DNA from: an uncultured Bacteroides sp.
Lineage (GTDB): Bacteria; Bacteroidota; Bacteroidia; Bacteroidales; Muribaculaceae
Length of the DNA stretch: 64,000 nucleotides
NCBI GenBank assembly: GCA_964486445.1
Contig: CAZAME010000002.1
Location: 897 to 64,896, forward strand
Reading direction: 5' to 3'
Shown: positions 20,298-30,190 of the stretch, one piece after another
Layout: every line of letters begins with the position of its first letter
Numbering within the stretch: the first letter of the stretch is position 1
The notes under the pieces: generated by a model
Told to the model about the DNA's origin: nothing
Seen by the model: only the letters and a program-made list of their open reading frames with translations
Databases searched by the model: none
Translations under genes and position numbers: made by a program

Positions 20298-21239
20298 TTA
20301 TCTGTTCTTGTCGATGACTACCTTAGCGCTTGAAAATGCGCTGAGGTTGAGCTTGCGCATGATGTAGGTTACGGCCTTGATGCCTTTGACTGATGTGCCT
20401 GCACCATCAAGTGCGGGGGCTACAACACCCACTCCAAACACACCGGGCAGAACACCTACAATGCCGCCACCGAAGCCCGATTTTGCAGGCAGGCCTGTGC
20501 TTACAAGCCAGGGGCGGTTGATGCGGCGTGGACCCATAGCTGCCATCATGGCAACAACGGTCGAAGCCTGCTCGCCATCGAATACTGTGCGCTCTGTCGT
20601 CGGGCATACACCGTCGGCGGCTATGGTGGCACCCATAGTGGCGAGTTGCTTTGCCGACGCACGCAGCGCAGTCAGGCGAGTGTAGATGTCGACCGACAGA
20701 TCAACGTCGTCATATAGTTTATAATCGGTGTCAGTAATAGCTTTAGTTACACCTGCTGTGGCGTTTTGGGCCTGAAGCGACTCATAGAGTTTAACATCGA
20801 GTTCGGGCGCATCACCACCCATCAGATCAATAATGTCGTTGATGATGATGTCATATTTGCCTTCGCGGTCACCGGTCGGCTCGATAGCGCTGACGGCGCG
20901 TATGCCGTGGGCACTGATGCCGAGGTGATGAGGTTTGGCAGGTTTCTCGCCACGGAAACGATCGGCCTCGCAACTGCGTTTGATAATATCGTCAACCGAC
21001 ATCTGGCTTAACAATACCTGATGCAAAGGTACTTTCACAATGTCGCCCATAGGAGCTTTTGTGTCGGCATCGCCTTTTGAAATGACAGTGCCGTCGGCGA
21101 GCACGATGCTGATGCCGAAAGTCTTGCTGTCGGCGTCGGCCACGCGCTGGTCAACTGTACCTTCTTTGTCACTCTTAAATTGTTCATAGGCCTCGTCGAC
21201 TACACGACGCAGGTCAGATAAAGCTATTGTTCTTTCCAT
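20298..21239 (-). CDS. Glutaminase-family protein, probably catalytically inactive
   Basis: The C-terminal GLPAKSGFGGGI...APALDGAGTSVKG glutaminase signature is present, but the S-x-x-K motif reads GDIVK. Confidence 0.8.
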   Translation of the reverse strand: MERTIALSDLRRVVDEAYEQFKSDKEGTVDQRVADADSKTFGISIVLADGTVISKGDADTKAPMGDIVKVPLHQVLLSQMSVDDIIKRSCEADRFRGEKPAKPHHLGISAHGIRAVSAIEPTGDREGKYDIIINDIIDLMGGDAPELDVKLYESLQAQNATAGVTKAITDTDYKLYDDVDLSVDIYTRLTALRASAKQLATMGATIAADGVCPTTERTVFDGEQASTVVAMMAAMGPRRINRPWLVSTGLPAKSGFGGGIVGVLPGVFGVGVVAPALDGAGTSVKGIKAVTYIMRKLNLSAFSSAKVVIDKNR

Positions 21240-21310
21240 AGTTGTTGTATAGATATGTTTCTTTTTTGAATAATCGTTTGACTATACAACGACCTGGGCT
21301 TGTCAATGGT

Positions 21311-22789
21311 TCACTTGCGCCAGAAAGCTTTGGTGAAGAGTATGAGCACAGTGTAGATTTCAAGTCGACCCACAAGCATGATGAATGCCAAGGTCCACTT
21401 GCAAATATCGGGTATGGCATCGTAGTTGCCGCCATAGCCAGTGACTCCGGCTCCGAGTCCGGTATTGCCTACGCATGAGAAAGCCGAGAAAAAAGCGTCG
21501 ACAAGCGGCATGCCGTAGGCTGTGAGTACAATGCCGCCAATGAGTATGAGCATCACGTAGATACACAGAAAGGCAATTACCTTGTTTACCAGCTCCGGCG
21601 ACATGACTTTGTGATTCATCTTCACCGACATAATGGCATTGGGGTGCACGCATCGCACAAGCTCGTTGCGCGAGTTTTTGAGCAGGAATAATATACGGTC
21701 GATTTTAGCTCCTCCTGATGTAGAGCCGGCGCAGGCACCGCAAAACATCAGTGCGAAAACCAGAGTAAGCACAAAGGTGCCCCACGTCTGGAAGTCTACC
21801 ACGGCATAGCCTGTGGATGTTATCGTAGACACCACCATAAACAGCGGATTTATAGTTATATCCTCCCAAGTGTGGAAATTACCGCCGATGACTATAGCCG
21901 CAACAAAAAGCAGGTAAAAAATGCCGATAATCTCGAGATACTTGACAAATGTCTCGTTGTTAAGCAGTTTTCCCGGGCCCCGGGTGATTGCGGTCACGAT
22001 CGCTGCAAAGTTTACGCCTCCGAGAAACATAAACACCGTGATGAGAATCTTTATATACAATGAAGAGTCCCAGGCTGCTATGCCGGCGTTGTGTGTGGAG
22101 AATCCTCCGGTAGACATAGTGCCGAAAGCATGGCAGATTGCCTCGAAGATGCTCATGGGGCCAAGAGCCAGCAGCACGGCCAAAATGGCTGTCAGGGCAA
22201 AGTAAAGACTCCATAGCGACATTGCGGTCTGCGATATGCGGGGGCGTATCTTGTCGTGTGTGATACCTGTGACCTCTGAGTTAAACATCTGCACGCCACC
22301 GGAGTGGTTGAGCATGGGGATAACGGCAAGAGTGAAGAGGATTATACCCATACCGCCTATCCACTGCATCAGGCAGCGCCAAAGCAGAAGGCCGTGGGAA
22401 AACGGGTCTATCGAATTGAGCACACTTGCACCGGTGGTGGTGAATCCAGACATGGCCTCAAAAAATGCGTCGGCCACAGACAGGTGCGCGTGGCTGAAGA
22501 TAAAGGGTATCATGCCGAATATGGAGAAGATCACCCACACAAGAGCTGTCAGCAGGAAGCCTTCACGCTTGCCCATGTCGGTGCGCGTCGGATGCAGACA
22601 GAAGTTGAGTATGCCGCCAATGCTGGCAGTGAGTGCTATCGTCAGTGCGAAGCCCAGTGAGTCTTCTTCGCCATAGATTATACATGCCACCAGTGGAGCG
22701 CACATAAACATGCTCTCTATCATGAGCAGCCAGCCAATCACGCGGGCTACCATGGGGAAGTTTATGAGTCGGCGGTCGTTGCGGCGCAT
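21311..22789 (-). CDS. trkH: Trk potassium uptake membrane protein
   Basis: EAMSGFTTTGAS, QWIGGMG, STGGFS and GSTSGG motifs. Confidence 0.94.
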   Translation of the reverse strand: MRRNDRRLINFPMVARVIGWLLMIESMFMCAPLVACIIYGEEDSLGFALTIALTASIGGILNFCLHPTRTDMGKREGFLLTALVWVIFSIFGMIPFIFSHAHLSVADAFFEAMSGFTTTGASVLNSIDPFSHGLLLWRCLMQWIGGMGIILFTLAVIPMLNHSGGVQMFNSEVTGITHDKIRPRISQTAMSLWSLYFALTAILAVLLALGPMSIFEAICHAFGTMSTGGFSTHNAGIAAWDSSLYIKILITVFMFLGGVNFAAIVTAITRGPGKLLNNETFVKYLEIIGIFYLLFVAAIVIGGNFHTWEDITINPLFMVVSTITSTGYAVVDFQTWGTFVLTLVFALMFCGACAGSTSGGAKIDRILFLLKNSRNELVRCVHPNAIMSVKMNHKVMSPELVNKVIAFLCIYVMLILIGGIVLTAYGMPLVDAFFSAFSCVGNTGLGAGVTGYGGNYDAIPDICKWTLAFIMLVGRLEIYTVLILFTKAFWRK

Positions 22790-22802
22790 GGCGTTGGCGT
22801 GG

Positions 22803-24137
22803 CTAAGAGAAAAGACGTTCTACTTTGTGGAGACTACCGGCCAGACAGAATACCACCACGTGGTCGCCCGGCTCTATAAGAGTGTTACCCGACACGAGCA
22901 TGCCTTTGCCTTTGCGAATGAGGCCGGCTATGGTCATATCGCGGGTAAGCCGCAGATCTTTCACCGGAGCTTTGGTGATTTTTGAGCCTTCGCGTGCTTC
23001 TATCTCTGCTACTTCGGCTTCGGCCAAGGCAAGACATCGCGGACTTGATGAGTCGGAGTCAAGCAGCAACTGGAATATATTGCTCGATGCAAGAAGCTTT
23101 TTGTTAATGATCGTGCCGATATTCAGTGTTTCAGCCTGAGAGATAAAGTGCAGATTCTCAACCTCGGCTATTGTTTTCTTCACTCCGTGTTCCTTGGCAG
23201 TGAGGCATGTGAGCACATTGCTCTCCGAGCTGTCGGTGAGTGCAATGAAGGCGTCGGTCTCGTCGATGCCTTCTTCGTCGAGCAGATCAACATCGCGGGC
23301 GTCACCGTGCACGATCTCTACGCCCGGACACAATTGTGGCAGACGCCGGCACAGTTCGAGGTTTTCTTCTATTATCTTTATCTTGTAGTCATCAGCCGCC
23401 ATGCGGGCAAGGCGTATGGCAATCTTGCTGCCGCCCATTATCATCACGCGCCTGATTTTGTGCCATTGTTTGCCGCATAGGTCTATGAGGTCATTGACAT
23501 AGTCGCGTGTGGTGGTGAAATAGAGAATGTCGCCCGCCATCATGCGGTCATCGCCTCGGGGTATCACGATCTCACTGCCACGTTTTATTGCTGATACGTG
23601 GAAGTTGTGCTGCTTCGAGGCAAACTCTTTGAGCTGCATCCCGGCCAAGGGGGCATTTGAGCGAAGTTTCACACCGACGACGATTATCTCACCGTCGTGC
23701 AGTTCAAACCAGTTGCGCACCCACGACCTCTTTAGGGCCGATATGATCTCTTCGGCAGCCACGTGTTCGGGATAAATGAGCGAGTCAACGCCCATATTCT
23801 TCACCAGCGGTATATTCTCGCAGCGCATGTAGTCATACGAGTCAATGCGGCTCACGGTGCGTTTTGCGCCGAGCTGCTTTGCCATGGCACAGGCTGTGAT
23901 GTTGTCGGTTTCGTAGGGGGTAACACCTATGAACAGATCGCAGTTGCCGACACCTGCTTCGCGGAGTGTGGCAAAGTCGGTGGGGTTGCCGGCGAGGGTC
24001 ATCAGATTGTAGTTGGCATCGAGCACATTGACTTTCTGCTGGTCTTGATCGATGACGAGTATGTCTTGCTCTTCGTTTGAGAGAAGCTTGGCAAGGTGCG
24101 ACCCAACGTCGCCTGCGCCGGCAATGACTATTTTCAT
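22803..24137 (-). CDS. trkA: Trk system NAD-binding subunit
   Basis: [12 protein letters not shown] and two RCK-N/RCK-C repeats. Confidence 0.94.
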   Translation of the reverse strand: MKIVIAGAGDVGSHLAKLLSNEEQDILVIDQDQQKVNVLDANYNLMTLAGNPTDFATLREAGVGNCDLFIGVTPYETDNITACAMAKQLGAKRTVSRIDSYDYMRCENIPLVKNMGVDSLIYPEHVAAEEIISALKRSWVRNWFELHDGEIIVVGVKLRSNAPLAGMQLKEFASKQHNFHVSAIKRGSEIVIPRGDDRMMAGDILYFTTTRDYVNDLIDLCGKQWHKIRRVMIMGGSKIAIRLARMAADDYKIKIIEENLELCRRLPQLCPGVEIVHGDARDVDLLDEEGIDETDAFIALTDSSESNVLTCLTAKEHGVKKTIAEVENLHFISQAETLNIGTIINKKLLASSNIFQLLLDSDSSSPRCLALAEAEVAEIEAREGSKITKAPVKDLRLTRDMTIAGLIRKGKGMLVSGNTLIEPGDHVVVFCLAGSLHKVERLFS

Positions 24138-26083
24138 GAGGCTGTTGACGGTGTTGAAGTGTTACTTTTATTCAAGAGCACACGCACGCGCTCGGCAATT
24201 GACGCCGGGTCAAGGCCACACAGTGTGTGCAGCTGCGACACAGAACCCTGAGTGACGAAGTTGTCTGGGAGACCGATAGATACGACCGGTATATTGTGAT
24301 ATCCGGCGGTGTGCAGCCATTGCATGACGGCGCTGCCGAATCCACCGGCTAATGATCCGTCTTCTATCGTGACAATAGGCATGCCTGCCTCGGCCACCCG
24401 GCGTAGAATGTCGGTGTCGAGCGGTTTTATAAATATCATGTCGTAGTGGGCTGCGCTGATGCCCTCGCCGGCCAGGGTGTCGGCAGCTTCGGACACAGCT
24501 GTGGCAATTGTGCCAACCGACAGTAATGCAACGTCGGAGCCGGCACGCAATTGCTGGCCGCGGCCTACGGGAATTTCCTGCATCTCATTGTGCCAGTCGG
24601 GGTTATGACCTTCGCCGCGCGGATAGCGGATAGCAAACGGGCCGTGCTTTGCAAGCGATGCTGTGTACATGAGATTGCGCAGCGTGTGCTCGTCGCGAGG
24701 CGCCGAAACTATTAGATTGGGTATCATGCGCAGATAAGCCATGTCGAAGGCTCCGTGGTGGGTTGCGCCGTCTTCTCCAACAAGCCCGGCTCGGTCAATG
24801 CAGAAAACTACTGGCAGCCGATGCAGGGCAACATCATGGATAATGTGGTCGAAACCTCTTTGCAGGAAACTCGAGTATATGGCGCAGAATGGCACAAGAC
24901 CGTCTTTGGCAAGACCGCCTGAGAAGGTCACGGCATGACCCTCAGAAATGCCTACATCGAAGACACGGTCGGGCATCTTCTCCTGCAATACCGACATCGA
25001 CGTTCCGCCTGGCATTGCAGCGGTTATGCCTACGATGTCTTTGTTCTTTTGGGCAAGTTCGAGCAGAGTTTGCCCGAAGACATCCTGATACTTCAGGCAA
25101 CCGTTGCCTTTGCTCTTGCAGCGTTCACCCGTCTTGGGGTCAAATTTGCCCGGGGCATGCCATGTTGCCGGATCGCGCTCGGCAGGGTCATAGCCTTTGC
25201 CCTTGGTTGTGCGCACATGGAGTATGCGCGGGCCTTCCATGTCCTTGATTTCGTTGAGCACGCGCACAAGTTTGGCTACGTTATGCCCGTCAATAGGGCC
25301 GAAGTAGCGGATATTAAGGCCTTCGAATATATTTTGTTCGCTTGTCAGAAGCGACTTCAGGCTGTTGTTGAAGCGCAGTATCGACCCTCTGCCACGCTCG
25401 CTCACCATGTTATGCCGACGGAAGAAGGAGTATAGATTCTTGCGCAGGTTGTTGTATCCTTTTGACGTGTTGATATGTGCCAGATATTTGTGCAGGGCAC
25501 CAACATTGTGGTCTATCGACATATCATTGTCGTTGAGGATTATCAGAAGGTTATTAGGGCTGTTGGCAGCGTTGTTCATGCCTTCAAAGGCCAACCCTCC
25601 GCTGATTGATGCGTCGCCGATGACGGCCACGACATTGCGCCGGGGTGATTCTTGCTTCAGCTGCGATGCCATTGCCATGCCAAGGGCTGCTGATATAGAG
25701 TTTGATGCATGCCCGGCTGCAAAGGTGTCATATATGCTTTCGTCGGGATTGGGGAAACCGCTCAGACCACCCAGTGTGCGGTTTGTGCTGAATCGGTCAC
25801 GGCGCCCCGTGAGCAGTTTATGACCGTAAGCCTGATGGCCGACATCCCATACGATGCGGTCGTATGGAGTATTGAAAACATAGTGCAGTGCCACAGTGAG
25901 CTCCACTGCGCCCATGCTTGAGGCAAAATGACCGGGATTGACAGCAAGACAACTGATAAGAAAATCGCGGATGTCGGCACACACGGCAGGCAGCTCCTCT
26001 ACAGAGAGGCGTCGCAGGTCGGCAGGCGAGTCTATCTTGTCAAGTATTCTTTGAATACCCGCGTTATTATCAGTGTTTGTCAT
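24134..26083 (-). CDS. dxs: 1-deoxy-D-xylulose-5-phosphate synthase
   Basis: [16 protein letters not shown]...NDN TPP motif, DVGISEGHA and [13 protein letters not shown]. Confidence 0.96.
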   Translation of the reverse strand: MTNTDNNAGIQRILDKIDSPADLRRLSVEELPAVCADIRDFLISCLAVNPGHFASSMGAVELTVALHYVFNTPYDRIVWDVGHQAYGHKLLTGRRDRFSTNRTLGGLSGFPNPDESIYDTFAAGHASNSISAALGMAMASQLKQESPRRNVVAVIGDASISGGLAFEGMNNAANSPNNLLIILNDNDMSIDHNVGALHKYLAHINTSKGYNNLRKNLYSFFRRHNMVSERGRGSILRFNNSLKSLLTSEQNIFEGLNIRYFGPIDGHNVAKLVRVLNEIKDMEGPRILHVRTTKGKGYDPAERDPATWHAPGKFDPKTGERCKSKGNGCLKYQDVFGQTLLELAQKNKDIVGITAAMPGGTSMSVLQEKMPDRVFDVGISEGHAVTFSGGLAKDGLVPFCAIYSSFLQRGFDHIIHDVALHRLPVVFCIDRAGLVGEDGATHHGAFDMAYLRMIPNLIVSAPRDEHTLRNLMYTASLAKHGPFAIRYPRGEGHNPDWHNEMQEIPVGRGQQLRAGSDVALLSVGTIATAVSEAADTLAGEGISAAHYDMIFIKPLDTDILRRVAEAGMPIVTIEDGSLAGGFGSAVMQWLHTAGYHNIPVVSIGLPDNFVTQGSVSQLHTLCGLDPASIAERVRVLLNKSNTSTPSTAS

Positions 26084-26249
26084 TTTTTACGTATTTCTTA
26101 TACATAGGCACGAAAACGATGATGCCGGAGGCTACAACGACAAACAGTGTATAAAGCGTGATGCGCGGTGCACGCACCAGCAGCATGCCGCAGATGGCTG
26201 CCCAAAGCAGGCCGATTATAGCGAAGCGCAGTATTACAGACGTTTTCAT
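26070..26249 (-). CDS. Small two-TM membrane protein
   Basis: 59 aa (MKTSVILRF...) with two hydrophobic helices. It overlaps the dxs start and has a TAATTTTGC box just upstream on -. Confidence 0.65.
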   Translation of the reverse strand: MKTSVILRFAIIGLLWAAICGMLLVRAPRITLYTLFVVVASGIIVFVPMYKKYVKNDKH

Positions 26250-26423
26250 GTTTTGCATATTCTGCAAAATTACAAAAAAAATCGGCATTTGCACCCATAT
26301 ATCCGCACTTAACGCTTGATGCTACGATAATTTATTATAAAATAGCGACATAGCAAACAATATGCCGGGTGGATTGTTAATTGATAAAAGCAAGTTTTAA
26401 AAATGTTGAAATCCTCCAAAACT

Positions 26424-26870
26424 ATGAATAAGATACTCAATTGTTTGATGCTGTCGATGGTGTTTCTTTTGCCGCTCGGTGCATGTGATAATGATGATTT
26501 ATTTGATGAGTTGCCTGAGCCAATTGCAAAATTTGTGACTCAGTATTACCCCGGTGTATCGGTGAGCGATTATACCCACACGGCAACGACATATCATGTA
26601 AAGCTCCAGGGTGGCCCCGGGATTACATTTAATGATACCTACGACTGGATATCTGTTAACGGTTATGGAGAGGCACTCCCTCAGGTTTTTCTATTCGATC
26701 ATCTGCCGCCGGCCCTGTATGAATATTTGCAGACCGGTTCTCTTCTTGACTCTGTGATGAGTGCTGAGCGCACCGCGCGGCTCTATACCCTGGTGCTTGT
26801 TGACACCACGGTCTACTATGACGTCGACAGTGGGGTTATCTCGCAGGGTAAGCTTCCAACTGCAGATTAG
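26424..26870 (+). CDS. PepSY-like/BLIP-like lipoprotein
   Basis: Lipobox LGAC and the repeated LPEPIAKFVTQYYP / LPPALYEYL pattern of the PepSY_like family. Confidence 0.7.
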   Translation: MNKILNCLMLSMVFLLPLGACDNDDLFDELPEPIAKFVTQYYPGVSVSDYTHTATTYHVKLQGGPGITFNDTYDWISVNGYGEALPQVFLFDHLPPALYEYLQTGSLLDSVMSAERTARLYTLVLVDTTVYYDVDSGVISQGKLPTAD

Positions 26871-27849
26871 GCGTGCGGCGAAATCTCACTTGCGACTCCA
26901 GTGAAGGAAAGTTGAGAACCAGTATTGCTGACTGATTATCTACGGTAGCCGAGTTCTCCACACCTGCTTCTGCGCCGCTGGCGTCGAGCCACACAAGATC
27001 ATATTCGTTATCAAACCCCGATGGAGTTAGTCGCCCTTTTGGTTTTGCGGCTTCATCAGGGGTTACGTTTTTTTCAGGCATTATGTAGATGTCATATCCG
27101 CCCGTTATGTCTTCCGCCGGAACTACTGCCAGTGTATAATATTGTGCAAGGGCGGCATTGGCTGGCGGCATGATACGGTCATAATAATACCAGATGCCTG
27201 CCGGTGACGGCTGTGTATCGGCAGTGCGCGACAGGAGTTCGCTGCATGTCAGTGGTGTGGTTATAAGTGGCTTGTTGGCAAAAACAGAGACACGCTCGCG
27301 GTGGAGCAGAACTTTGCGATGTGCTATCAGTCCGCACATCGACTCAGTATTCAGGGGGGAGAAGTCAAAGTCGGCAACACGCACATAGCTGTCGGCATTG
27401 CCCACACGTATGTATAATCGGCCGGCATGAAGGTCTATGTCAAGCGAATTTGCCCCGTGACCGGTATTTATGTCCTTTGTAAAACGGCTTGTGCTAAGCT
27501 CAGAGCGCTGACCGTGCGACATATTGAATACGTCGATTTCTATAAACGGGTCGTCAATGACCGCCCCGAATGACGATGTGCCATAGCACACGGTGGCACC
27601 GCTGTAGTTGTCGGAGTTGATATAATTCCACACTATTGTCCATGCTTCTACTGGCTTGTCGGACGCTGCAATGTCTTTGGTTGAAACCCTGAATGTTATA
27701 TGCATGCCGTCGGGGTTGGCAGTCATAGTGTGCATCAGCGAGTCGCCGGCACATAGTCTGCGGGCCGGTTCATAGACAGTGTCTGAGGCCTGCGCAAATA
27801 TAGCCGTTAGCAGGAAATACAATACTGTGCAGGCAGTGTAGAGCTTCAT
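26836..27849 (-). CDS. Hypothetical secreted protein
   Basis: 337-aa ORF with a signal peptide, coupled to the miaA stop by an ATGA overlap. Confidence 0.7.
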   Translation of the reverse strand: MKLYTACTVLYFLLTAIFAQASDTVYEPARRLCAGDSLMHTMTANPDGMHITFRVSTKDIAASDKPVEAWTIVWNYINSDNYSGATVCYGTSSFGAVIDDPFIEIDVFNMSHGQRSELSTSRFTKDINTGHGANSLDIDLHAGRLYIRVGNADSYVRVADFDFSPLNTESMCGLIAHRKVLLHRERVSVFANKPLITTPLTCSELLSRTADTQPSPAGIWYYYDRIMPPANAALAQYYTLAVVPAEDITGGYDIYIMPEKNVTPDEAAKPKGRLTPSGFDNEYDLVWLDASGAEAGVENSATVDNQSAILVLNFPSLESQVRFRRTPNLQLEAYPAR

Positions 27850-28772
27850 CGTTTTATTGTTTCTGCGAGTTCGGCAACGCGGTCTGTAAATTCCTCACGC
27901 GGGAGCGCGGCCGGGAGCCAATGTATTGTGAATCCACGTCGCTCCATGCCTCTGAACCACGTCATCTGTCGCTTTGCAAACTGATGTATGGCAATCAGCA
28001 GTTCGTCATACATTTGTTGAGCATTGATGCGGCCGGTGACATATCGTGTCAGATATTTATATTCGAGCCCGTAGTATTCAAGATCTTCGGCTGGGATGCC
28101 GCTGTTGAGCAGAGTGCGCACTTCGTCGGCCATACCTTCATTGAGTCGGGCTTTGAGCCGAGCTTCTATACGTGCTCGTCGTGTGTCGCGGTCGATATCT
28201 ACGCCCACTATCACGGCGTTTTCGAGTGGATGTGGCTCTGTTAGCACAGCCTCTTCGGGATGCTCGGCATAATATTTTTGAATTTCTATGGCGCGGATAG
28301 CCCTCTTAGTCGTGTCGACATCTGTGTCGTTGTGCAGGGGCTTCATTGTTGCAAGCAATTCTTTCAGCTGATGGAGGTCGAGCGATGCGAGCTGTGCGCG
28401 CAGGGGCTGATTCTCAGGCACTGCCGGCAGACTGAGGCCTTTGAGTATGGCTTCAAGGTACATGCCTGTGCCTCCGCAAAGCACAGGCAGATGTCCGCGG
28501 TCAATAATGCCGTCAATGGCATCACGGCAGTCACGCACATATTCAAACAGGTTGTATTTATATCCAGCCGGAGCAATGTCTATCAGATGATATGGAACTG
28601 CGCCATATTCCCCCAGATCCTTGCCGGTGCCTATCGTCATCCCGCGGTATATCTGCCGCGAGTCGGCGCTGACAATTTCGCCGTCGAGCCGCAATGCTAC
28701 GTCGACGGCGCGCGCAGTTTTCCCAGAAGCCGTTGGGCCTGTGATGGCAAGAAGCGGGGTGTTAATATCCAT
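27846..28772 (-). CDS. miaA: tRNA dimethylallyltransferase
   Basis: GPTASGKT, SADSRQIYRGMTIGTGK, GGTGMY and AKRQMTWF motifs. Confidence 0.94.
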   Translation of the reverse strand: MDINTPLLAITGPTASGKTARAVDVALRLDGEIVSADSRQIYRGMTIGTGKDLGEYGAVPYHLIDIAPAGYKYNLFEYVRDCRDAIDGIIDRGHLPVLCGGTGMYLEAILKGLSLPAVPENQPLRAQLASLDLHQLKELLATMKPLHNDTDVDTTKRAIRAIEIQKYYAEHPEEAVLTEPHPLENAVIVGVDIDRDTRRARIEARLKARLNEGMADEVRTLLNSGIPAEDLEYYGLEYKYLTRYVTGRINAQQMYDELLIAIHQFAKRQMTWFRGMERRGFTIHWLPAALPREEFTDRVAELAETIKR

Positions 28773-28793
28773 ATATCACTTAACGCTTGAACC

Positions 28794-30131
28794 TTAACAT
28801 CCGATGCCGCGCACGTATGACCGCCAGATGCGGCGCAGACGAAACATGCGGCTGTCTTCATTGTTCGAAGCTATGTTGAGCCAAAGCGGGTCGTCGTAGT
28901 TGACATTCCAGTCGCTGAAGTCTTTGAGTCGGAACGTGGGTCTGTAGTTTTTGATTGTGTAGAGTCGATTGCCGTTCTCGTCATAAGTCTTCCATGCCAT
29001 TGCCACGGTATAGATGCGGCGTATGGCGGCGGCTAACTGAGGCGAAACGATTTGATCGTGGATCAGGCCTTCGATCTGCATAGCATTATACCATTCACCC
29101 TTTATCGGACAATTCTCCGGCAGTTGGGTTGAGGGAAGCACCACCACATAATGCTGGACAGGGGTGGGGGCATTGAGAGCTGTGCTTCGGTATATGAAGT
29201 GTAGGTCGCAGTCTGTGATGCCGGTCAGAGTCTCAAATCGTTTAAGTGCATTTTCGTCGCTCACCGATGATGTGTTGCGCAGTCGCACGATCGCAGGGGT
29301 GTCGATTAATTCACCCTTTATCAAGGCTTCTTCAGCGTCGGTGAGGAGCATGTCGCCGTCGCTTATGATCATGAACCGCAGTTCGGTGTTTTCATCGCAG
29401 TTGCCATTTATGTCGCACAGGGCCTTGTAGTGTGCCCAAAATGATGAGTAGCGCTGGATCAGGAAGATAATCGTCAGGCCGAAAAGTGAGCAGGGGAATA
29501 TCACAAACATGAAGACATCAGGTGTATTGATATTGATGTTTATGAAGAAGAAATAATAATAAGCCCACTCTACCACCCACAGAAATGCACCGATGCAGAA
29601 TATGGTGCGAACTTGCAGGCGAGCCTCCTGGCGCATGAAGCCTCCGACAAAACCGTCGTCAGTTGCGTAGGCATATCGTGCGCGACACTCCTGTAGGAAG
29701 GTTGACCGCTTCCCCGACAATAGATTTAGACCCGCCACGATAGTCATTACCGGTGCAAGCACTATGGTGTTGAGATAGGGAAGATGGTCAAGAAAATCTC
29801 TGAAGAAATGCGAATATGTGTTTATCTTGTCTCCGAAGATCCATCGCAGGTGCATGAAGTTAAACGTCAGCGTGATGGTCGTTGCGATGATAAGTATGGA
29901 TATAAGCACATATATTGAGCGCATATATAGCGGCCGACGGCGGGTGATGTTGCTTTGCAAGTATGCGATGAGAATAAATAGTTCGGATATACGCACAATC
30001 GGCACCCACTGACGTTTGATAAGCGGAGCAAGGATGATGGGGAGCATCAGGGCCGCGCATATTATCAGCCAGTTTGTCCACATACCGCGGAGATAGCTTT
30101 TGGTGGCCATTGTTACAGGAGATGTATTCAT
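28794..30131 (-). CDS. Hypothetical multi-TM protein with a soluble C-terminal domain (possibly degenerate Nudix-like)
   Basis: About six hydrophobic segments followed by about 200 soluble residues. Confidence 0.7.
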   Translation of the reverse strand: MNTSPVTMATKSYLRGMWTNWLIICAALMLPIILAPLIKRQWVPIVRISELFILIAYLQSNITRRRPLYMRSIYVLISILIIATTITLTFNFMHLRWIFGDKINTYSHFFRDFLDHLPYLNTIVLAPVMTIVAGLNLLSGKRSTFLQECRARYAYATDDGFVGGFMRQEARLQVRTIFCIGAFLWVVEWAYYYFFFINININTPDVFMFVIFPCSLFGLTIIFLIQRYSSFWAHYKALCDINGNCDENTELRFMIISDGDMLLTDAEEALIKGELIDTPAIVRLRNTSSVSDENALKRFETLTGITDCDLHFIYRSTALNAPTPVQHYVVVLPSTQLPENCPIKGEWYNAMQIEGLIHDQIVSPQLAAAIRRIYTVAMAWKTYDENGNRLYTIKNYRPTFRLKDFSDWNVNYDDPLWLNIASNNEDSRMFRLRRIWRSYVRGIGC

Positions 30132-30190
30132 AGACTTACAGATTTTCTTGTGTTTGATAGGAGGATATATTCAGATGTCACGGAAGGCTT

